Source: Candidatus Heimdallarchaeota archaeon
GTDB lineage: Archaea; Asgardarchaeota; Heimdallarchaeia; Heimdallarchaeales; Heimdallarchaeaceae
Assembly: GCA_019057375.1 (NCBI GenBank)
Contig: DXJF01000050.1
Span: forward strand, 64,001 to 128,000
Direction of reading: 5' to 3'
DNA: 64,000 nucleotides
In this document: in pieces, positions 9,706 through 20,479 of the stretch
How positions within the stretch are numbered: the stretch's first letter is position 1
Layout: the number at the start of each line of letters is the position of its first letter
Made by a program: the position numbers and the translations under genes
The notes under the pieces: model-generated
What the model saw: the letters and a program-made list of their open reading frames with translations, nothing else
The model's database searches: none
What the model was told of the DNA's origin: nothing

Positions 9706-10347
9706 TCACATATCATCTATCGAAATGAAAGGATTTTCTAGTTTTTCATTGCCAATATAAGTGGTTGGTCCATGACCTGGATAAACTTTCGTTTCATCAG
9801 GGAGATCATATAAACCCATAACTGATCTAAACAAAGTATCATAATCTCCACCATGCAAATCAGCTCTTCCAATACCCTTGTTAAATAGCACATCACCTGA
9901 AATCAAGTACTTATCGAAATAGTAACAGATACTTCCTGGAGTATGCCCAGGAGATAAAATCGCTTTAATTTCTATATCTCCCACATTGAATGTGTCTCCA
10001 TCTTTAACAAAAATATCACATTTTCCTATTGATTTTGATTTGAAACCAAACATTCTAGCAAAGGGACCTAAACTTTTGAGAACTTCTTCTTCTTTTTCAT
10101 TATACACTAATTTAGCTTCAGGAAATAACTCTCTTAAGTCCTCCAAACCTAGCACATGATCAAAATGTAGATGAGTACAGAATAAATACTTAACAACCAA
10201 TTGTTCTCTTTCAATAATTGATAGAATTTGGTTTATCTCCCCACCTACATCAAATAGAGCTGCTTCTTTCTTAACTTCATCATAGAGAAGGTAACAATTA
10301 GTCTTTAAGGGGCCTGTTTCTTCTGTAACAATATTAATTTTGCTCAT
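9706..10347 (-). CDS. MBL-fold metallo-hydrolase (glyoxalase II-like)
   Basis: THLHFDH, SPGHTPG, SGDVLF, YPGHG. Confidence 0.92.
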   Translation of the reverse strand: MSKINIVTEETGPLKTNCYLLYDEVKKEAALFDVGGEINQILSIIEREQLVVKYLFCTHLHFDHVLGLEDLRELFPEAKLVYNEKEEEVLKSLGPFARMFGFKSKSIGKCDIFVKDGDTFNVGDIEIKAILSPGHTPGSICYYFDKYLISGDVLFNKGIGRADLHGGDYDTLFRSVMGLYDLPDETKVYPGHGPTTYIGNEKLENPFISIDDM

Positions 10348-10435
10348 GAACAGCTATTTTATCTCTCTTTTTTAAGCTCTTCGTAATGAAATGATAGCTT
10401 TTTTAATCACCAAGTTATAAAGAACGTGAGAGAAA

Positions 10436-11323
10436 TTGACTTACTATACTCTAAATTCAGAGGAAGATGAAGTGGAGATTTTTTTAGAAGAATTAGAAGA
10501 AGATTCTGAAGAGTTTGTCAAATCAAGTGAGTATAAGAAAAAAAACCTAGAAATCAAGGATACAAATATTATCGATACTTATGAATCAGAAGAAGTTCTA
10601 GATTCCCATATTGAAGAAATTCAAGCTGAAAAAAGAATAATAACATCATCAGAGGAAATTCAAGAGATTCTTAATGAGTATGAAAAAACGCGAAAGAACA
10701 AAGATAGAGTCCTGATAATTGATAAGATAGCTGAACTCCTCCCAAACAGTGATTTAGAGGAACTTCTCAAAGAGATTGCCTTCAAAGATTCTTATTCTCT
10801 CTGTAGAGTAAAAGCTGTTTCCCTGCTAGCCGATCTTAATGATAAATCTGAAGTTAAGAGATTATTAATTAGGAAATTAGACGATAGTTCTCCAAAAGTA
10901 AGATTGTGGTCTGTATGGGGATTAAGACCCATTATCTATGACACTGAAATTCAAGAAGTTTTTATTAATAAAGCTAAATATTTTGAGAAATCAAAACGAG
11001 TTAAACTTTGGTTGATTCGGGCTTTAAGTGATCGAATTAATGATAATAAAATACAAGATACTTTTCTGCTTTTGCTTAAATCGAAACCAGATAATGAGAC
11101 TAGAAAACTTCTACTTTTCTATCTTCTTCAAAAAGCAAACGAAGAGAATATAGCTTATGAATTGTCTCGTTATGTGTTGAAAGAAGCTAATCGAGATATT
11201 CGCAAGGAAATTGTAAAAAAACTTGTAATGCTTGATAATGAGGATGTCAAATATTCTCTTGAAAAATTGTTCAAAACTGAGAGAGATGAAGAAATTAGGG
11301 AGATTTTACAGACCACCCTTTAA
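10436..11323 (+). CDS. HEAT-repeat protein with acidic N-terminal region
   Basis: Repeated D-x-x-x-x-VR-x-x-A-V-x-x-L units; Glu-rich N-terminus. Confidence 0.7.
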   Translation: MTYYTLNSEEDEVEIFLEELEEDSEEFVKSSEYKKKNLEIKDTNIIDTYESEEVLDSHIEEIQAEKRIITSSEEIQEILNEYEKTRKNKDRVLIIDKIAELLPNSDLEELLKEIAFKDSYSLCRVKAVSLLADLNDKSEVKRLLIRKLDDSSPKVRLWSVWGLRPIIYDTEIQEVFINKAKYFEKSKRVKLWLIRALSDRINDNKIQDTFLLLLKSKPDNETRKLLLFYLLQKANEENIAYELSRYVLKEANRDIRKEIVKKLVMLDNEDVKYSLEKLFKTERDEEIREILQTTL

Positions 11324-11445
11324 TAAAAAGTTTATCAATTTAATTTCATCTTGAGCCTTAGATATATCTGAGAAGGTTATTCTAGCTAAAATGAAAATCG
11401 AGATATCAAGCAAAGTTAACTGAATATTATAATAGAATCACCAAT

Positions 11446-12978
11446 TTAGTTATTGGTAATTTCATTTTTTTGATTTAATGAATTATTGTTTCTAAAGTTA
11501 ATTTTTCCTCTTAAGTAAGAAGAAATGACAGCTAAAATACCTAACCCAACAGCTACGAAGAACGCTATTTTGATGCTCATCAATAGAAGAGGACTATGTT
11601 GTGAGATTGATAAGTTCGATGGAATTACAGGTAGTAGAAATTCTGTTTTAAATTGAAAAGCAGAGGATGAAATATTAGGACCAAGAAATATTGAAAACAG
11701 TAAAGTTGCAAAACCTAAACTAATAGATTGTCCAATTGTTCGCATTGTCCCTATTAAAGCTGAAGTAACACCATACATTTTCTTTGGAACAGAACTCATA
11801 ATAGAATTCGCATTAGGGGAAGAGAATAAGCCAAACCCTATTCCACCAAGAAGTAAACCAAAAATCACTAATAATATGTGTGTTTTCTGATTAACAAAAG
11901 CAAGCATAACTAGTCCGACTAATCCTGTTGCTACACCTATTGTTGTTATAGTTCTATGTTCTATTTTGTCAGAAAGTCTTCCACCTATTGGAGATAAAAT
12001 AGCTTGTGCAATTGGTCTAGCTAAAAGTATCACACCTGCCAGGGATACTGAAAGATAAAGCACATCTTGTAGATAATAATTCAGTAAAAGTGATGTTGAG
12101 GATGTAGCCGTGTAAAAAAGAAAAGCTGTTAAATTAGCAAACGTGAAAAACCTGTTCTTCTTGAACAGTTTTAGCTCCAATATAGGTACTTCTACTTTTC
12201 TCTCCCAGAATATGAAAACAATCAGAGTTAAAACTGAAGCACCAACCAAATAATATCCATAACTTGTATTAATAGATCTGAAACCGTATAATAGTAGAAA
12301 CAATGTTATAATATAGATAACAGCTCCTACAAAATCTATCTTCTCCTTTTCTTCATTTTTCCATTCTCCTTTCAAAACAAATGTCATAAGGAAAGCAATG
12401 ATGATCCCAAATGGGACAACACTGAAGAAAACACTTCTCCACCCTAAATGTTCAACAATAACTCCTCCTAGTGAAGGACCGACAGTTAAACCTAGATAAA
12501 CTGAACCTATGCTAATTCCAAATGCTTTTCCTCTTTCTTCCTGTGGGTAAATAGATGTCAGTATGGCTGTTCCAGTAGCAAATATTAAAGCTGAACCTGC
12601 TCCTTGAATGAACCGAAAAATTACTAACGTTGTTTCACTGTTCATAAACCCTAAGACCAAAGCTGCTGAAGTAAAAATTATTGTTCCAATAATGTAGATT
12701 TTTTTCCTCCCATAATTATCGGAAATTTTACCAAAAGGAATCTGAAGCATGGCGGTAGCTAAAATGTATATGGTAATAATCCACCCCATTCCAGCTTCAT
12801 CAAGTCCTGGAACATGTTGAGGACTGAGAGGATTAGTCATTACAGGTGCCGCAACTGAAAATGCAGAGCCACTAAAAGCACTGACAAATGATGATAGAGA
12901 AATAATCGAAAGAGCGGTGATTCTTTGTTTTCTAGCATTAGGATTAGATAATTGATTTGTCATGGGAAGACCCAGCAT
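11446..12978 (-). CDS. MFS drug:H+ antiporter, DHA2 (EmrB/QacA-like)
   Basis: About 14 TM segments; GKISDNYGRKK, RFIQGAG, GPSLGG motifs. Confidence 0.9.
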   Translation of the reverse strand: MLGLPMTNQLSNPNARKQRITALSIISLSSFVSAFSGSAFSVAAPVMTNPLSPQHVPGLDEAGMGWIITIYILATAMLQIPFGKISDNYGRKKIYIIGTIIFTSAALVLGFMNSETTLVIFRFIQGAGSALIFATGTAILTSIYPQEERGKAFGISIGSVYLGLTVGPSLGGVIVEHLGWRSVFFSVVPFGIIIAFLMTFVLKGEWKNEEKEKIDFVGAVIYIITLFLLLYGFRSINTSYGYYLVGASVLTLIVFIFWERKVEVPILELKLFKKNRFFTFANLTAFLFYTATSSTSLLLNYYLQDVLYLSVSLAGVILLARPIAQAILSPIGGRLSDKIEHRTITTIGVATGLVGLVMLAFVNQKTHILLVIFGLLLGGIGFGLFSSPNANSIMSSVPKKMYGVTSALIGTMRTIGQSISLGFATLLFSIFLGPNISSSAFQFKTEFLLPVIPSNLSISQHSPLLLMSIKIAFFVAVGLGILAVISSYLRGKINFRNNNSLNQKNEITNN

Positions 12979-13108
12979 GGTTTACAGTTTTTGAATTCTT
13001 AATTGACAGTTATAAATATTCTTCCTTGTTTCAAAGAATTTCTTAGAATGTCTAGTTGTAAAACAATCTCATTTTCTAACCTAATACAAAAAGAAAGAAA
13101 AAAAGAAA

Positions 13109-13774
13109 TTATCTCACTAAAGCTTTTTGTACCATTCTTGCATGGAAAATAGCTAACTTATTAGAGACTTGCAATACAACTGGAATTAGAACTATACCTA
13201 ATAAGCCTCCAACTATCATAATTGCAATAGTACCACCACTTGATATATTGGCTATTAGCCAATCTAAAGCTACATCAGATATACCTTGAGTCCAGTGTAC
13301 AAGAAATACTATAGGCATTGCTATTAAAGCTCCAGATAACGATAAGAGAAATGTCATTATTGAAAAAACAAATGTCCCATATGGTAAGGCCAAGAACATT
13401 GAATAAACTAATGACTTGCCAATTCTTTTATCTTTTAATGCGTTTAAAGCTTTTGTAAAGAAACTACCTACTATTTCTTTTGGTATATCATCCTTTATAG
13501 GTACAGGGAGTCCTACAAAGAATTCTGTTAAATATCCTATAACTAACACTAACCGAGGTAAAGACCAAAGGAAGAGATACAGAATAGGTAAGACAATTAC
13601 AAAAACAGACAACCCTACAAATAAAGGAAGGCATACCCATGCATAAATGAAGAATGTTAACCCAATTGGGAAAGTTAGAAATACATATAGTAGATTAGTA
13701 TAACTCCTTGGATACCTTAGAACACCAAAATATGAGGCAGTTTCTAATTCATGTAAAGAATCTTCGACTGTCAT
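13109..13774 (-). CDS. Stand-alone membrane 'putative sensor' domain protein
   Basis: The 4-TM pattern LYVFLTFPIGL...GLSVFVIVLPIL resembles the membrane sensor domain of some histidine kinases; no kinase domain is attached. Confidence 0.55.
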   Translation of the reverse strand: MTVEDSLHELETASYFGVLRYPRSYTNLLYVFLTFPIGLTFFIYAWVCLPLFVGLSVFVIVLPILYLFLWSLPRLVLVIGYLTEFFVGLPVPIKDDIPKEIVGSFFTKALNALKDKRIGKSLVYSMFLALPYGTFVFSIMTFLLSLSGALIAMPIVFLVHWTQGISDVALDWLIANISSGGTIAIMIVGGLLGIVLIPVVLQVSNKLAIFHARMVQKALVR

Positions 13775-13867
13775 AGTGTTTTTTTGAGAAGGTTCTATAT
13801 AAATGTATAATCTTCATTTAAATAGAATAAGCTAATCTTGAAAAAATGATTTTCAATAAAAAAAAGA

Positions 13868-15655
13868 TTATAATCCCGATTTTTCTAATTTTGCATCTGT
13901 AGGGATTCCTTCATCATTCCATTCTCTTAACTTATAATACTCAAGCTTAGCTTTCTCAAATTGATCTTTATCTACAACCAACCCTTTTGCGTCCCCTTCA
14001 GGCATCTTTTCACTGTAGAAACGTTTTGGAAGAACATCATCATCAGCTGTTATGCCCTCGCGTACATTAAACATCCTTGTCAGATTCCATATCCTTTCCC
14101 CTACCGCTAGATAACTTTCAGGTGTGTAAGAAAATCCTGTAGCAGAATTCAACATTTCAACCATTTCAGGGACATTAAAGGGTAAGAAATCGCAAACTAC
14201 TAGTGAAAAACAAGCAGCTCGTTCATCTTGAGATTCCTTTACGAATTTGGGAACACCTTCAAATGAGAATCTTGGTAAATCACCACGTAGTTCAGCACTT
14301 GGAGTCCATGTTCTTTGGTGACAAGCACCTCTATCTGATGTAGAATAGGCTAATGCCATCCCCCAAGACCCTCTTGGTTCAACTCCCGCTAATTCGTTTC
14401 CCTTTACTTGAATAGCAAAATCCATTGAATCATGACCAATTTTCAAGGCCGCGGATTTTGATCCTTGAGCAAACAGATCACCTATTTTCTCTCTATGTGA
14501 AATAAGTTTTATCATCTCAAGTACTGCATCATCATTTCCAAAAGCTAGATTATCAACATCTGATTGTTGTAGATATCCTTTTTCTATACATTCCATTGCA
14601 AAACTTATAGTCGCTCCTGCAGTGATTGTATCAATTCCTAGATCATCGCACATTTCACTTGCTTTTGCAACAGCTCCTAAATCTTTGATTCCGCAGTTAG
14701 AACCTAGCAAAGCTGTTGTCTCATACTCTGGACCATCTACATCTAATCCAGCAAATTTCCCAGTTGTGAATTTGTTAGCTTTTCCACAAGCAATTAAACA
14801 TCCATAACAAGCTCTGTTAGCATAGGTATAATTCTCTAACATAGTTTCTCCTGAGATAGAATCAGCTTCTTCAAAGACTCCACTTTGATAATTTTTTGTA
14901 GGTAAGAATCCCCCTTGGTTAGACATATTCACCCACATCATTGTTCCAATTCTATTCCTATTCTTTACTCCATCATCATTTTGTACCTTAGTTCGAAAAG
15001 TTCTAGTAAGTTCTTTGAAATTATCATGAACAGCATCTATTTTTTCATTACCACTCACTACGACAGCTTTCAGATTTTTTGAACCCATGACAGCTCCTGA
15101 TCCTCCTCTTCCTGCCATATGAGATCTGCCTGTCATTACATTTGCATAGGAAACTAGTTTTTCTCCAGCTATACCAATTGATGCCACTTCAGATTTTGGA
15201 TGTTTTCCTTGAAGTATTTCTTCTGTTGCAAAAGTTCCTCTTCCCCAAACTTCTTTTGCTGAAATGATTGTAGATCCCTCTGAAGTAACTAACAAATAGC
15301 ATAGATTTGCTGCTTTTCCTCTAACTAGGATGAAATCATAACCAGCTTTTTTCAAACGATGACCAAAGTTTCCACCGATTTGGCTATCAAGATAAATTCC
15401 AGTATGGGGAGATTTAGTGACTATACACCATCGACCAGAAGTTACAACAGAAGTACCTGTTAGTGGTCCAGTCATAAAAAGAATGATATTTTCTGGACTT
15501 AAAGGATCAACTCCAGCTTCTAATTCATCGTAGAGAATTTTAGCTCCTAATCCTTTACCTCCAATGAATTTTTCTGCTAATTCCTTATCTAATTTCTTCT
15601 CTTGAATTCTTTCAGATGTTAGATCGACATCTAGATACTTATGCATATAACCCAT
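13868..15655 (-). CDS. aor: Aldehyde:ferredoxin oxidoreductase (tungstopterin)
   Basis: FIGGKGLG, GRGGSGAVMGSKNLKA, CYGCLIAC Fe-S motif, GPEYET, CDDLGIDTI, KGNELAG. The ATG at 15655 (MGYMHK) is a more likely start than 15664. Confidence 0.93.
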   Translation of the reverse strand: MGYMHKYLDVDLTSERIQEKKLDKELAEKFIGGKGLGAKILYDELEAGVDPLSPENIILFMTGPLTGTSVVTSGRWCIVTKSPHTGIYLDSQIGGNFGHRLKKAGYDFILVRGKAANLCYLLVTSEGSTIISAKEVWGRGTFATEEILQGKHPKSEVASIGIAGEKLVSYANVMTGRSHMAGRGGSGAVMGSKNLKAVVVSGNEKIDAVHDNFKELTRTFRTKVQNDDGVKNRNRIGTMMWVNMSNQGGFLPTKNYQSGVFEEADSISGETMLENYTYANRACYGCLIACGKANKFTTGKFAGLDVDGPEYETTALLGSNCGIKDLGAVAKASEMCDDLGIDTITAGATISFAMECIEKGYLQQSDVDNLAFGNDDAVLEMIKLISHREKIGDLFAQGSKSAALKIGHDSMDFAIQVKGNELAGVEPRGSWGMALAYSTSDRGACHQRTWTPSAELRGDLPRFSFEGVPKFVKESQDERAACFSLVVCDFLPFNVPEMVEMLNSATGFSYTPESYLAVGERIWNLTRMFNVREGITADDDVLPKRFYSEKMPEGDAKGLVVDKDQFEKAKLEYYKLREWNDEGIPTDAKLEKSGL

Positions 15656-15660
15656 TAAAA

Positions 15661-16701
15661 TCAACTCTTAGAAAGTAGTCGATTAATATCAAGAATGTCA
15701 GTGAGTAAAGCAAAACCTGTGGGAGTTTTTCCTGCACCAGGTCCCACGATAGTCACGTCATCAACATACTTAGTAGAATAAGTCAGAGCATTAGTTGGTC
15801 CCATTATATTGGCTAATGGATGAGTTAGTAGGATTTTTTCTGGTCTGACATATGCTTCAACAGAGCCATCCTCCTTAATCTCTGCACCTGCAATCAATTT
15901 CCATCTATATCCTTCTTCCTTAGCCTTAACTATATCTTCAGCTGTTATTTTTGTTATGCCTTCACAGGGTGGTTCATCTTTGCTCAAATTAGCTCCCATG
16001 ACTGTATTTGCTAAAATAACGATTTTTCCTAATGCATCATAACCTTCAACATCAGCTGTTGGATCTGCTTCTGCATATCCCAGTTCTTGAGCTTGTTCTA
16101 GCGCATTCTCATAACTAAGTCCTTTCTCCATCTCTGTTAGAATGTAGTTAGTAGTACCATTTACTATGCCCATTGCCTTAGTTATTCCTGCCCCTGCTAG
16201 ATTGTATAATCCAAGATTCAATGCTGGAGTTCCACTCAGCACAGTTCCTTCATATCTCATTTCAACACTATTCTCTTTAGCTAAATCTAGTAGCTCTCTG
16301 ACAGCTAAAGCAATAGGTCCTTTATTTGTTAAAACTACATGCTTCTTATTTTTCAGAGCAGTTTTGACATGAGTAATTGCCGGTTCTCCAGTCTTGAGAT
16401 CAGTCCAAGCAACTTCTAGAATAAGATTAGCGTTGGTTTCCTCAATTGTCTTAATCGAATCCCAACCTTCAATACCATCTCCATAACCCTTTAAATTGCC
16501 ATTTTCATTTACTAAATCGAGTAATTTTCGCAAATCTAAACCAGTTCGTTTATACCAAGACCCTTTCATCGTATCTGATATTGCAACCACTTTGAAGTGG
16601 AAATCATAATTCTTCTTTAGATATTCTTCTTGTTCGAGTAAGATTTCTGCTAATCCTTGACCAACAACTCCAAATCCAATAAAAGCTATATTAAATTCCA
16701 T
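15661..16701 (-). CDS. hom: Homoserine dehydrogenase
   Basis: IGFGVVG, TNKGP, YEGTVLSGTP, GIVNGTTNYIL, AEADPTADVEGYD, GPGAG. Confidence 0.95.
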   Translation of the reverse strand: MEFNIAFIGFGVVGQGLAEILLEQEEYLKKNYDFHFKVVAISDTMKGSWYKRTGLDLRKLLDLVNENGNLKGYGDGIEGWDSIKTIEETNANLILEVAWTDLKTGEPAITHVKTALKNKKHVVLTNKGPIALAVRELLDLAKENSVEMRYEGTVLSGTPALNLGLYNLAGAGITKAMGIVNGTTNYILTEMEKGLSYENALEQAQELGYAEADPTADVEGYDALGKIVILANTVMGANLSKDEPPCEGITKITAEDIVKAKEEGYRWKLIAGAEIKEDGSVEAYVRPEKILLTHPLANIMGPTNALTYSTKYVDDVTIVGPGAGKTPTGFALLTDILDINRLLSKS

Positions 16702-16817
16702 TTTGAGCCCTCAATAATCTTTCACGCCTACTTTAAGTGGAATTGCTTATAAATTTGTTGTCACGGAGTCGCTTTGACAGTACAAAAGGTATAAAAGAAC
16801 AATTAACTAAATAGAAT

Positions 16818-17414
16818 TTGAATTCTATGTCACGATTCTTCAGCTCAAAAAAACGATCCAAGAGAAACATCACATCAGCTGAGCAGTACTATAGAGAGAA
16901 ATATGGGGAAGTAAAGGACGCATCTCCAAGTGATCGAGATACTGCAATAATGCAAAAATTAATTGAAATAGGTGCAGATAACATTAAGAAATCCTCAGGA
17001 TACTTGACAAAATACTCATTTGATTTACCTATTGAACATGAAGATGATGTAACTCAAAGAATTACATTAGTAGAAGAAAGCGACAAAGATGTTCATATAG
17101 ATGCTGAATTAATACATGAGTTCCCTTTATTTCTACATGTTACAGTTAAGGAAGATTCAAAAAACAGAGAATTCGAATCAGTAACTGGAATGAGTATCAT
17201 CAACTTTGTTAACGTAAGAACTAACAATGATAAACTTGCTGTGAAGATTTTAGATGATTCTTATGTTAGTGAATACTTCTTCCAACTTGTGAAGGATTTA
17301 GTTCTAATATCTGCAAATAAAAGCACTCTATCTGCAAAGCTAACCTCTATTGACAAATTAAAATACTTCTTCAAATTAATAGCCAGAATGGTTAATATTG
17401 CTGAAAAAAGATAG
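16818..17414 (+). CDS. Hypothetical protein
   Basis: 198-aa ORF with coding-like composition; no family recognised. Confidence 0.55.
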   Translation: MNSMSRFFSSKKRSKRNITSAEQYYREKYGEVKDASPSDRDTAIMQKLIEIGADNIKKSSGYLTKYSFDLPIEHEDDVTQRITLVEESDKDVHIDAELIHEFPLFLHVTVKEDSKNREFESVTGMSIINFVNVRTNNDKLAVKILDDSYVSEYFFQLVKDLVLISANKSTLSAKLTSIDKLKYFFKLIARMVNIAEKR

Positions 17415-17430
17415 CTTTGGAAGTAATAGA

Positions 17431-18465
17431 ATGACGTTGAATGATCATGCTTTGGAAGTACTTGAAGAATTAAAGAAAAAAGATGTTATTTCAGATGATT
17501 CCAAAATAAAAAGCTACGAACAATTACAAGGGGGGGCAGATACAACTATGTTCGAGATAAGTATCATTAACCAGCCTAGAAGATACATTCAAAGAATTTT
17601 TAGATCTTTAGCATCAAATAAAATAGCAGAATATGAATATAATGTTCAAAAAACACTTTTTGAAAACAATGTAAATGTTCCAGAAACTTATCTGATTAAA
17701 TTAACTCCAAACTCGCGTGAAAGACCATATTTTGTTATGGAAAAAATTGAAGGTACAAGACTAGATCAAGTATTTTACAGAAATCCCGAGAAATTGGAGC
17801 AACTAATTGAAATGTTACTATAAGAATTATACAAAATTCATTCTATCGAGCCAAAATTATTTCCCCTAATTCCATCAGCTAACATTCAAAAGAATCCCTT
17901 TGAACCAATTGAACAAACAATATCAAGAAGAAAGTACTTTCTTGACAAGTATCCAAAAGAATTATCTGAGCTAAAGCCAGTTATAGACTGGTTGGAAACA
18001 AATAAAACTGAAAATCCCTGTAAAAAACTTGTTGTTACTCATGGAGATTACCACTCACAAAACATAATTGTTCAAAAAGATTCAAAACTCAAAATTCTAG
18101 ATTGGTCAAACATTAATATCTGTGATTTTAGAGAAGATTTAGGATTTACAACTGTTATATTAAGTATTGGAGCAAAAAGGAATTTAGCATCAACAATTGC
18201 AAGTTCATATGAACAGATTTCAGGAACTAAAGTAGAGAATTTAGAATATTTCATGATATTGGCAAATATATTTAATATGATAAGATTCTATAGTTGTATA
18301 AAAAATCCTGAGATTACAAATGAGACAGAAGATACGATAAATTTCTTCAAATCGATTAAAGAATACCCATTATTTCTTGTCGAATTAGTTGAAAATACAT
18401 GCGATATAGAACTTCATCAAATTTGGGATTATTTTACTATTAATGGTAAAGATGAGATAAGATAG
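17431..18465 (+). pseudogene. APH/choline kinase-like phosphotransferase interrupted by one in-frame TAA at 17821-17823
   Basis: The two track ORFs are in the same frame. Past the TAA the frame reads ELYKIHSIEPKLFP...VIDWLETNK into THGDYHSQNI and ILDW with no other stop. Confidence 0.85.
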
Positions 18466-18482
18466 TTCAAGGATATGAACAA

Positions 18483-19298
18483 ATGATAATAGATGGTCAT
18501 GCTCATGCTTTTGGAGAATTTGCTTATACAAAGAAACTAATTCCACTTATGGATAATTTAGGAGTCGATAAAGTTGTTCTATGTCCAGGTGGAACTGATC
18601 CTGATTTTGAATTCAAAGTTCCTAAAATTGCTTATAGAAAATCTTCATACAACCATTATTTTCACATCTTGGGGAACGTATTCTTCTTACGTCTTTTTCA
18701 TAAAAAAATGAACAATATTGACAATGAATATGTTTTTTCACTAGTGAAAGATTATCCTGATAGATTGATTCAATATTTCTGGACCAATCCAAATGATCCT
18801 GAGTTAATCTCTACTTTAGAGCAGAACTTTGAGAAAATGTCTTTTGCTGGAATTAAGCTTCATCAATGCTTAAACAAATTCTCAAATGAAGATGAAGGGA
18901 TGAAACTCATTTCTCAATTTGCAATAGAAAAGAACATACCAATTTTTATCCATCTTTATAACTTCAAAGAAACAAGAAAATTAGTAAAACTAGCTCAAGA
19001 ATTTCCAAAAGCTAACTATATCATAGCTCATTCTATGGGGCTAGAAACTATTGCCAAGAAAGGGGAGAGACTAAAAAACGTCTACTTTGATATTTCAACT
19101 TATTTCATCATTTCTGAGAAGAGAATACGTTTTGCTATGGATAAGTTTGGTGAAGATAAAGTTTTACTTGGTTCAGATTCACCGCTAGGATATAGGAATC
19201 TTGAACTAAACATAGAGAAAATTAGAAAAATGGACTTAGCAGAAAAACAGAAAAATAAGATTTTAGGAGAGAATATTGCCAAATTACTAAATTTGTAA
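18483..19298 (+). CDS. Amidohydrolase family (amidohydro_2-like)
   Basis: IIDGHAH, GIKLH, PIFIH, IIAHSMG, LLGSDSP. Confidence 0.9.
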   Translation: MIIDGHAHAFGEFAYTKKLIPLMDNLGVDKVVLCPGGTDPDFEFKVPKIAYRKSSYNHYFHILGNVFFLRLFHKKMNNIDNEYVFSLVKDYPDRLIQYFWTNPNDPELISTLEQNFEKMSFAGIKLHQCLNKFSNEDEGMKLISQFAIEKNIPIFIHLYNFKETRKLVKLAQEFPKANYIIAHSMGLETIAKKGERLKNVYFDISTYFIISEKRIRFAMDKFGEDKVLLGSDSPLGYRNLELNIEKIRKMDLAEKQKNKILGENIAKLLNL

Positions 19299-19303
19299 CA
19301 TTC

Positions 19304-20476
19304 TTACTCGAAAGAATCCTTGATTTGTTGAACAGCTTTTTGGATGGTTTCTATGGATGTAGCATAACTAAATCTAAGATAACCTTCTCCACCTTCTCCA
19401 AAAGCTGATCCGGGTAAACAACATACTCCAGCTTTATACAAAATATGATCTGCCATCTCTCTAGAATTCATCCCTGTATCTTTGATATTTGGAAAAGCAT
19501 AGAAAGCTCCTTGTGGATGTAAACATGTGAAGTTTGGTATACTATTTAATCCTTCAACTATCGCATTTCTTCTTTCAAGAAAAGCTTTCATCATTTCAGT
19601 CAAAGGGTCTTGACTTCCTTTTAGAGCTGTTATACCAGCTTTCTGAACGAATGATGTTGTACAAGATAAAGCATTAATCATTAATGTACCCATTCTTCCT
19701 ATTACTTCTTCAGGACCTATTACATAACCTAATCTCCATCCAGTCATAGCATATGATTTTGAGAACCCATCTAGAATTATTGTTCTCTCTTTTGATTCAT
19801 CAAGAACTGCAGGTGAATGGAATGAAGCTTCATAAAGCATCTTGGAGTAAATCTCATCTGATAAGATGAAAATATTGTTTTTGTCCGCTAGTTCTGCAAC
19901 TCTGTCTATTTCCTTTTTCGTCATTACAGAACCTGTTGGGTTTTGTGGGCTATTCAGAATGATTAGCTTTGTTTTATCAGTGATTCTTTCCTCAATATCA
20001 TTGGGATTTAAACGAAATTCGTTTTCTTCTTTCAATTGAATTGGGACATCTCCAGCATTAAGATATTTAGCAACTGAACCATATGTGGGAAAACCTGGAT
20101 CTGGATATATTACCTCATCACCAGGATTAACTAACCCGAGCATTGTAAAGAAAATTCCTGGCTTAGCACCAGGTAAAATCAAAATTTGCTCAATTGAAGG
20201 TCTAAATCCTCTAGTTTGCTCAATTTCATCTTGGATTGCTTGTTTTAGTTCTAAAATTCCAGTAGCTGATACATAACCAGTGAAATTGTTCTCAATTGAT
20301 TCATAAGCTGTATCCTTAATATTCTGAGGAGTGGGAAAATCGGGTTGTCCTATTTCGAAATGAAGTACTTCTTTTCCTTCTCTTTCCTGAGCTTGAGCTT
20401 TCGCAAGATATTCAAAAGCTCCTTCTCCTTGAATTCGATACATTCCGTTTGCCATTTCCTTCATACTATCACTCAA
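19304..20476 (-). CDS. PLP-dependent class I/II aminotransferase (aspartate aminotransferase-like)
   Basis: GQPDFPTP, NSPQNPTG, SDEIY, GFSKSYAMTGWRLG. Confidence 0.93.
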   Translation of the reverse strand: MSDSMKEMANGMYRIQGEGAFEYLAKAQAQEREGKEVLHFEIGQPDFPTPQNIKDTAYESIENNFTGYVSATGILELKQAIQDEIEQTRGFRPSIEQILILPGAKPGIFFTMLGLVNPGDEVIYPDPGFPTYGSVAKYLNAGDVPIQLKEENEFRLNPNDIEERITDKTKLIILNSPQNPTGSVMTKKEIDRVAELADKNNIFILSDEIYSKMLYEASFHSPAVLDESKERTIILDGFSKSYAMTGWRLGYVIGPEEVIGRMGTLMINALSCTTSFVQKAGITALKGSQDPLTEMMKAFLERRNAIVEGLNSIPNFTCLHPQGAFYAFPNIKDTGMNSREMADHILYKAGVCCLPGSAFGEGGEGYLRFSYATSIETIQKAVQQIKDSFE

Positions 20477-20479
20477 ATC

